Positions 55,968 through 64,000 of a DNA stretch of 64,000 bases are shown one piece after another. The position numbers and the translations under genes are program-made. Origin of the DNA: Eledone cirrhosa (Eukaryota); the NCBI GenBank assembly GCA_964016885.1, contig OZ024749.1, forward strand, positions 17,422,001 through 17,486,000, given 5' to 3'. The notes under the pieces are model-generated. The model was not told where the DNA came from. It did not search any database and was given only the letters and a program-made list of their open reading frames with translations. Within the stretch, counting starts at the first letter, position 1. Each line of letters begins with the position of its first letter.

Positions 55968-57153
55968 TATATTTTTTATTTCTGTTAAGGTGAGAGAAGC
56001 TCTATTCACAACAACATCCTCAGCTCATAAAACAAACGAAGACTTCGTAATTTAATGTTTTTGTTATTGAGGACAGTTCAGGTGACAAGAGAATTAATAG
56101 ATGAAGGTTAATATATATATATATATATACAGACATAAAGTGTGTACGAAGAGAGAGAGAAATAGACGTGTGTGCGTGTGTATAAAAATATGTGTGTAGG
56201 TGTTGTAATAAGCCAAGATATTTCACTTCAGATAGAAAAGTTCACAATGTTTGTGTTGTGGTGGAAAACGAAATAATACGTACTTTAGTTTTCAAGACCA
56301 AATATAAAGCCAAGAAAAGTTAGTAAAAACTAAATGTTCACTGATTTCTGATTAAAATAATATTTTCCTGTCCTGTAAAATGTTGAACAACCACTTCAAT
56401 ATTTAATAATACAGTTGATAAAACAACAACTATAAGGTAAATAAGTCACCTTATGTTATTTACAAACATTAACGTCCACCTTAATATGAAAAAATCACCA
56501 TAAAAGATGAAATTAGATGAGGTTTAAATTCTAACAATGGAGCTGATATAAATGGTAATATTTCACCGTCTAGTTGACACCGGTGTCATGTCTTAAAAGT
56601 CCCCTACATAATTTAATACATTCAGAAACAACTTCAGTTATGTTAATTCGCACCTTCAGTCGATATGTTGGTAATTTATTCAGATTTGAATAAATAACAT
56701 TATTAATTTTACATAACTGTTCATATTAAAACAAAACACATTATTAAAGGTAATAAAACAAAAGATAAAAAACAAAAACATGAGAGACATGTGGAATGAT
56801 GTGTCTTGCTTAAGGACAGAATGAAAACATTATATTACAATATGCTGTATGACTTCACTATAAAATATAATTGTGTTTGTATACATATATATAGTATATA
56901 TTTGTGTGTATACATTGTCTCATTCCATGAGAGTAACTTGTTTAGTCTATGAACTCCTCATCCGTCCCTTCTATATGTATATACATCTTTCTCAGTGAGT
57001 GTGTACATATGTATATAAAATATTGTCACAACTACTATATACACCACATATACACTATATTCAATATTGTCCAATGTATATAGACAATATGTCATGTTGT
57101 CCAAGGGAAAGGCTGATATAGATCGACACCCATGACATTACAACTATTATATA

Positions 57154-57160
<7 letters not shown>
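55968..57160 (-). repeat. Extended ZNF-upstream block U, paralogous to 48396-49590
   Basis: Colinear similarity. Confidence 0.88.
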
Positions 57161-57227
<67 letters not shown>

Positions 57228-57240
57228 CTATATATATATA
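57157..57240. repeat. (TA)n microsatellite
   Basis: Direct reading. Confidence 0.95.
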
Positions 57241-57356
57241 CTACATACATACACTATATATAATTTCCAGAGGAATGGCTGAAACAGCTTGACACCAGCA
57301 TTTATCATATATATATATATATGCACTATACATACTATGTATACACTACATATATA

Positions 57357-57990
57357 TCATCATCATCACCATCATCGATTAACATCTATCTTCCATGGGT
57401 TACACAGGTCCTATTATGAGGCAAGTTGTGTCGGGTGACCGTGACAGCTCATATAGGGGTGTTTCTGGCTGGTTTTCTATGGCTGGATGGCCTTCCTAAT
57501 GCCAACCATATTGACAGTGTGGGCTGGGTGCTTTATGCTGTGTCTTTAACACGTCCCCTTTACAGCATGGGCTGGATGCTTTTTGCTGTGTCTTTCACAC
57601 GTCCCCTTTACAGCATGGGCTGGGTGCTTTTTGCTGTGTCTTTCACATGTCCACTTTACAGCATGGGCTGGCTGATTTTTACTGTGTCTTTCACATGTCC
57701 ACTTTACAGTGTGGGCTGGGAGGGGGGCATTCTGTACATATGCTTAAGCTTGTGTTGCTGAGAAGTCGGGTCTTCTGTATTACTGCATATGGCCAGAGAT
57801 CCCGGCCACGTGTCATCTCCTCTGACAGGTACAATTGGGCAAGGTCAGCTTGTATCACCTCACCCCAAGTCTTCCAAGGTCTCCCCACTCCAAGGCTTCC
57901 AACAACTGAGTCTCCATATGGGGCAGAGGATGGAATGTCTACCAATGCTTTTCCTACATACTGGACAAGGCCATTTTCCTGAGAGGATCT
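57357..57990 (-). mobile_element. Internally deleted fragment of a related RTE subfamily, with 48-bp tandem repeats in its 3' UTR
   Basis: Minus strand LSGKWPCPVCRKSIGRHSILCP joined to VVGSLGVGRPWKTW...DLWPYAVIQKTRL; ACAG units at 57514, 57562, 57610, 57658, 57706; (CAT)n tail 57358-57376. Confidence 0.8.
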
Positions 57991-58150
57991 CGGTTATGTT
58001 TTCTGGAATTTCTACCAATATATATATATATAGATAAATCTACCAAAATATACGGTAGTGTCCAATCCGTATGAAGAACTCAATGTCATCCAAATATCAT
58101 GAAAAGAGAAGATGTATTCAAAAATTTTTTCGATGAAAATCACAGTCAAG

Positions 58151-58441
58151 ATAAATTAATAAAAACAAAGAAACAGTTCCTTATATTAAAAATTTCATCA
58201 TTTTACGATCGTTTCTAGGATATATATGTGTGTGTTGGTAGGTATATCATATAGATCTATGTAAAATAGATTATTTCTGAAGACAGCATATATAGGTATG
58301 TATAATCCCTCTGATAGTTTGTAACATTTTTACATAGATCTATATGATATACATACCAGAACACATATATATCCTAGAAACGATCGTAAAATGATGAATT
58401 TTTTAATATAAGGAACTGTTTCTTTGTTTTTATTAATTTAT
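58151..58441. repeat. ~115 bp-arm inverted repeat containing a degenerate hammerhead (58271-58394, +); PLE pseudo-LTR-like
   Basis: Arms 58151-58266 and 58328-58441; TTATTT-CTGAAGA-CAGCATATATA...TATATATCCTA-GAAA-CGATCG-TA-AAATGA. Confidence 0.7.
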
Positions 58442-58920
58442 ATATATATATCAATTAGAAATTGATTGACATATAAATAGACATATGAAACAATCACAGG
58501 GGATAATTTGTAAAGGTGTGTAAGCACACATAGCTAGGTAGGTAACTAAATAAAGTTTAACTAGAACTTCAAAAATAGATACCTTATAATTTGATTAATC
58601 TTCCTCGTATATATTCCATTAAAGAAATATATTTCACCAATTAATCGATTGGTAAACGACAGAAGCCAGATCCTGGATTTTCAACAAGGAAGAGGTCCAA
58701 CCATTAGAATCTTGGAGCATATTTTACGGGTGACATGGCGCATGTCTATCTGGCATGACAGCCTTAATTTAATTTGATTTAATTTAATTTAATTCAATTT
58801 ATCTTAATTTTGGATACATATATATATTCTCTACATATAATATATGATGTTATCCAAAGTAAGGTCAATAGCTGATATAACTTAGTGCCAGTGTCACAAC
58901 TAATATATACCCTATATACA

Positions 58921-59036
58921 GATGCGTTGCTGAGTGATTAGAGAATTGGATTCGCAATCGTGAGGTTGTGAGATTGATTCCCGGACCGGGCGATGCGTTA
59001 TCTCCTTGAGCAAGACACTTTATTTCACGTTGCTCC
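58921..59036 (+). mobile_element. 5' half of CORE-like tRNA-derived SINE
   Basis: Similar to reverse complement of 49800-49930, incl. CCGGACCGGG and CCTTGAGCAAGACACTTTATTTCAC. Confidence 0.7.
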
Positions 59037-59186
59037 TTCTACCTAAAGTCGATCAGCTATCGATACACTAATATATACAATATATATATATAATTAAAAG
59101 TTTAACAAGTTTCAATGAATTCATCAATGAATAAAGTTTCACAATAGATTAGAAGCACTCTACAGTAAGGTTTTCTGGAGTTATTA

Positions 59187-59431
59187 ATATTACTTCAAAA
59201 TATTAATAAATATAGACATTCATGTGATCAAATATATTTTATGACTAAATTATGTGACCTGCCATGACTAAATTATAACCATAAACAAGGTATGTCAAGG
59301 TATGTCAGGCATCAACTTATTTTATTTGATGAGGACGTACTGTTGAAATAGCTCAGTACCTCTGAAATATGTATAATAAAATATATTTGATCACATGAAT
59401 GTCTATATTTATTAATATTTTGAAGCAATAT
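59187..59431. repeat. 56-bp-arm inverted repeat with hammerhead-like motif (59318-59383, +, core C3->U)
   Basis: Arms 59187-59242 and 59376-59431; TATTTTAT-TTGATGA-GGACGTACTG...CAGTACCTCT-GAAA-TATGT-ATA-ATAAAATA. Confidence 0.7.
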
Positions 59432-59469
59432 ATATATATCTTCTATACATACTTGGCAGTATCCTGAGC

Positions 59470-59890
59470 AACAGCGGCAACTTTGAGCTGCAGGGTTGTA
59501 AAGGTGACTACGGTGTTCCAATGGATGCACTCAATTTGGTCAAACAGAGCCATCAGCTTGTATTTCAAGCTGCGCTTGTACACTAGCATTGTACTTCCAA
59601 AGCCCATCTCTGACTGCGAAAAATGGAAACACACTGTGAAGATGGATAGGTGTCTAAAAACTTTCCATTAAAGGAGCCTGCATAAGATTCTAAAGGTCAG
59701 CTGGTGAGATCCTGTGGAGTGCAGGGTCACATACACAGCAGGTCATCATGGAACGTTGGTTCTATTTTGCAGGTCACACTCTGAAGCTCCCAGATCACCT
59801 GTCCAAAACAGCGATGACATGGACCGAAGATGACCTGGTGGATGACATTCCAAAATGACCCACAAACTGTCAACATCAGCTGGTATGAAT
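59470..59890 (+). mobile_element. Degenerate fragment of a different RTE-like LINE C-terminus
   Basis: VFQWMHSIWSNRAISLYFKLRLYTSIVLP...CEKW...FH*RSLHKILKVSW*D and RWFYFAGHTLKLP...AMTW. Confidence 0.65.
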
Positions 59891-61361
59891 GTCAACAAAC
59901 TGTCACCAACTGAAATCATTGGAGACAATTAGTTAATGGTAGTGGTAGTGTTTGCTGGTAAGTTGTTGGTATAAACACATATGTTGCTGTTGTTAATGTC
60001 ACCGCTGCTATCACGGCCTTCCTCTTGTTGATGGTGGTGGTAGTGTTTGCTGGTAAGATGTTGATGTATACACATATGTTGTTGTTGTTAATGTCACTGC
60101 TGCTATCACTGCCTTCCTCTTGTTGATGGTAGTGATAATTGTTCGTGCTACCTATATCGGCTGTCAAGCTGGCTGCTGTATCAGCTTCTGTGAGTGACGC
60201 TCCAATGGCCTTCATGACCAAAGATGCAGGTCAATGGCTTTTGGCATCGTTTGGCAAATAAATATATTCTCTATTTTTTTTTCTCTCTTTCTAATCCGAT
60301 TCAATATCATCAATTGGAAAGACCAATGGAAACATTGTTTCCTTGGTCCAATCTGTTGAGTTCCACTCCACTTGGTAAGAACTGAGATGTTGAGATTTAT
60401 TACAAAAAAAAATCACTAAAACCAAGATCCTGGGTTGGTATAACTACCTTATTTGTATGTGTTGTGGTGTGGTATGTGTTGTGGTGTGGTATGTGGTGTG
60501 TTGTGGTGTTTTGATATGGTGTGTGTGTGTGTGCAGGGTCATGTGTTGTTGTGTGTGTAGTGTAAAGAGGAAATTTTACACACATAGGACCAAGAAGGAA
60601 TGTGTGAGGACTCTAGCCCCTACACCCGTCTCAGAAATAAATGGGTGAAGAAAAAGTGAAGAAAGTTGTAAAGTATTTTCAAATGTGAGTTATTTTTTAA
60701 AAAAGTCAAATTTTCAACTGTCATGAAAGTACCATCCAACAAATATTAAAGTTATGCAATTGTTTTTATTTATACATGTGGATATTTTGTCATAAATATA
60801 AACCAGTTAAGGTTTACAAAATAAACACATCAATGTTTTTTTTTTAAATGATGTAGTCGTATGGGTGTCAAAGTGGACATTTGAAGCTTGGTGGAGCCCT
60901 TCAATCTCCAGGTTTGAACAGTTGATTTCTTCCAGAGAAGGAGAGAGAAATATAGAGAGGAAGAACAGACCCCAGTAACGGACTAGTATTGTTTTTTTAT
61001 CAACGTTGAATGGACGAAAGAAAGTTGACCTCAGCAGGATTTAAACTCAGAGAGCAGACAACCAGGATAAATATGGCAGAAAGCATTTTATCTATTGTTT
61101 TATAGACTTTAAATAAATGTTTCTACTTTTGATTCAAGGCCAGCAATTTGAAGAGAAAGGGGAATGCCAATTAAATAAGGCCCAGTGCATTACTGTTACT
61201 GTTTTTTATTAACCTTGAAAGTCAAAGTTGACCATGGCATTATTTAAACCCAGAACATAGAGGACTAACTTTATGACACAAAGTATATCGTATGACACTC
61301 TACTGATTCTGCAAATCCACCACCCTCAACAATGAAATGAGATTGTGTCTCTGTAATAGCC

Positions 61362-61727
61362 TGTAGCGGTTGTCTCCCTTGTTTTAATTGGGATCTAGAC
61401 GGGAGGTGGAACCCTTTCTGCAACTTCCGGTCGGAGCCCTATAAAACTAACAACTTTGAGCTTCCTCTCTCTCTTTGCCTTTTCGGCACCAGGTCAAGAG
61501 TCTTCTCATTTGGCTCTGCCATTAATTTGGCCAACAGGCGCCTGGCTAAGGCCAGGCGCCCTCTGCCAGCCGCGTTTGCCTGGCAATCAAAACGGTAACT
61601 ACTAACTTTGTTTCATTCTAACATCTATCTTTGACATGTCAAGTATTCCATCTACCGTTAATTAAATATTATATACACAAACATTGACTCGTTTTGTTAC
61701 ATTCATTCAACCAGTAATCCCGCTATA
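61362..61727 (+). repeat. 5' LTR (TGTAGCGG...CCGCTATA), TATAAAA at ~61440
   Basis: Identical to 63117-63482 except GACATGTC vs GACATCTC. Confidence 0.95.
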
Positions 61728-61728
61728 T

Positions 61729-61760
61729 TGGTAACCCTGACGTGATACGAACACGCAGCC
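61729..61760 (+). promoter_or_regulatory. Primer binding site for tRNA-Trp, extended to 32 nt
   Basis: TGGTAACCCTGACGTGAT ACGAACACGCAGCC vs reverse complement of metazoan tRNA-Trp 3' half TGGTGACCCCGACGTGAT TCGAACACGCAGCC (reference recalled, not searched). Confidence 0.8.
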
Positions 61761-63116
61761 GTTCATCGCTATAAGTGGTCACCCCCCCAAAAAAAGAAAA
61801 AAATAGCACATCTGGTTTTGTGAGTAACATTACGAATACACAGCAAATTTAGCGACAAACTATGAAAATACTCAAGGACACGCACACACGCACATGTGGA
61901 ATTCGCGCAGACATACTTTTTCTCTCACGCATCAATTAACTGTCGCATTTCACCAATATATATATATATATGTTTCTCGTTTCTTACAACGAACACTTTC
62001 AAAACAAAAAAAAAAAAACATTTCACGATATATATATATATATGTTTCTCGTTTCTTACAACGAACTCTTTCAAAACACACAAAAAAAAAAAAGAAATTT
62101 GATATTCTTTAAAAAACATTTCAACAGGAACATTTATTTTCGATGAACCATTGCCTTTTGTTCTTCGTTTTCTTCATCGTTCTAGTTTTTTTTTTTTTTT
62201 CAAAAAGTTCACACCTATAATTATGCTGATTGAAGCCTTTCTTTTTCATCATTGTCACTTTCAAAATTGCACTATCATTTTCTCGCGCGTTAGAAATATT
62301 TTTTTTCAACCTTGTATTGGCACGTGTAGGCAGCATAAATTCTCGATTCACTGAGATGTCTCTTACTCACAGACAGCCGCACGCCAGAGATAGCATTTCT
62401 CCCCCAAGGATTCTTCAGCCTTAAGCTATATTCTTCTATTTGCCGGTTTATAAATTTACAATGTAAATTTACCGTTGATAACCGCGCATTTATTAAGAAT
62501 GCTTATTTCTCTGGTCGCTGGCCTCTTGACCCTTCCAGGTCAACGCATTCTCAACATCGACCATCAACTTCGGCTGCTATTTCTAGCACTTTGCGCAACT
62601 CATTTTTTTCTAAAAAAAAATTTTTTTTACTGTGAATTTAAACACCGAATACGCTCACTCAGCGAGACAACAGCAGCAGCAACAGCAATATAACAGCAAC
62701 AGCAATACATCAACACAGCTTCACCAAAGCCAGAGAATTTATTTTTGCAGCACTCTTCCTGTGAGAAAATCCATTCGGAGGTTGGAAATTTCACGATATA
62801 CCACAGAACAGAGACCACCTGCATTCATTCTCTGGAACACTTTCTTTCCTGCTGTCATGTGATTGCACACCTGTGAACTATATTTTGAACTTTGAGCTCT
62901 TCTGTTACTTTTACTTTATTACATTGTATCTTTGGGTGATGGATAGATGGATGTCCAGTCGTTCTCTGGCCAAGAGCGGTTGGCTACCTTGATATCTATC
63001 ATTGATTTTTCCAAACATTCTTTTGTCGTAATTTTCATGCCTGTTACAAAATTCTCGCCAACTTGCTACATATTTTCATTTCGATTTTTATACACTAAAA
63101 TTCTGGCGGGAGGTTA

Positions 63117-63482
63117 TGTAGCGGTTGTCTCCCTTGTTTTAATTGGGATCTAGACGGGAGGTGGAACCCTTTCTGCAACTTCCGGTCGGAGCCCTATAAA
63201 ACTAACAACTTTGAGCTTCCTCTCTCTCTTTGCCTTTTCGGCACCAGGTCAAGAGTCTTCTCATTTGGCTCTGCCATTAATTTGGCCAACAGGCGCCTGG
63301 CTAAGGCCAGGCGCCCTCTGCCAGCCGCGTTTGCCTGGCAATCAAAACGGTAACTACTAACTTTGTTTCATTCTAACATCTATCTTTGACATCTCAAGTA
63401 TTCCATCTACCGTTAATTAAATATTATATACACAAACATTGACTCGTTTTGTTACATTCATTCAACCAGTAATCCCGCTATA
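63117..63482 (+). repeat. 3' LTR
   Basis: 366 bp copy of 61362-61727, preceded by PPT. Confidence 0.95.
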
Positions 63483-64000
63483 AGCCCTTAATGACAAATA
63501 ATATGAAGGAGTACTTTCTATACAATACAAAACCTCTGAGAATGATTTCCAACATATTTCACCATAATAAATGTTCATCAATATATATTAATATTATTAT
63601 TATTTTCTGCTAGCATATGTAGTGTGTATATTGATATTATAAGCAGGTATATATACATGTAGATATGATACATCAATTAAAATCGTAATTGACAATATAT
63701 AATACATAGAAATTGAACGAAGACTGCGTTACACTCTCTTATTTAATCAGTAACGTAATCTATGACACATTAAAAAAAGAAGATATTATATATAAACTGC
63801 ATTAGGAGAAAATTAGTGACGGAAATATATGAATGTTTATTTAAGCGATGGCTAACCGGAAGTGTTGACATTTCAGAAATTTTAAAGAAGTGAAACTTTA
63901 AATAAACGAAATATATTTAATCAACAGCCACGAAATTTAGTAGATAAATTATGTAATATTCATTCATCATTTATTCAAAGTAATGAATGGATATTACATA

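Larger units (their letters stand above)
61362..63482 (+). mobile_element. Non-autonomous LTR retroelement (Gypsy-like, 2.1 kb) with 4-bp TSD AGCC
   Basis: Two 366-bp LTRs (one mismatch seen), PBS at 61729, PPT GGCGGGAGG at 63105-63113, AGCC at 61358-61361 and 63483-63486; empty paralogous site at ~3100-3120; no gag/pol ORF. Confidence 0.93.
59930..63590 (-). repeat. Block D copy 4 (inverted), split by LTR element at 61362-63482
   Basis: 59930-61361 and 63483-63590 are reverse complements of 2985-4400/6766-8560. Confidence 0.85.

Noticed and set aside
58600-58810. Possible additional mobile-element end before (TTTAA)n
   Set aside because: No motif I could assign with support
62475-62862. 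Gag/pol remnants or poly-Q protein inside the LTR element
   Set aside because: No recognisable zinc knuckle, protease, RT or integrase motifs; poly-Q comes from a (CAG/CAA) tract

Overview
Eukaryotic, repeat-dominated genomic DNA, most likely cephalopod (octopus-like). That assignment is inferred from the SINE/RTE families, the KRAB-less C2H2 arrays and the AT/microsatellite landscape, not from a search. There are no prokaryotic features. The left part (1-9742) holds a frameshifted RTE-clade LINE running off the window edge, an intact-looking 6-finger C2H2 ZNF ORF and two copies of a multi-kb duplicated cassette. After a 200-N gap comes a ~32 kb complex GA-rich satellite (monomers ~325/~385 bp) with multi-kb higher-order duplications, a 1.55 kb inversion and three fold-back palindromes, interleaved at its end with a second ~422 bp satellite. 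The right part (44.4-64 kb) holds two more ZNF paralogues and further cassette copies in the opposite orientation, a 5'-truncated RTE with an open ~814-codon frame carrying a PHD-type finger inside the RT, a Penelope-like (RT+GIY-YIG) element, four hammerhead ribozyme motifs, several SINEs and a very young non-autonomous LTR element. The most unusual signals are (i) the LTR element's PBS continuing as a 32-nt copy of tRNA-Trp with a mismatch exactly opposite m1A58, followed by a second LTR-end/PBS-like junction, (ii) three sequence-divergent minimal hammerheads sharing a C-C mismatch at stem II position 4, (iii) the PHD finger inside the RTE RT, and (iv) ZNF cassettes converging on a structured satellite.
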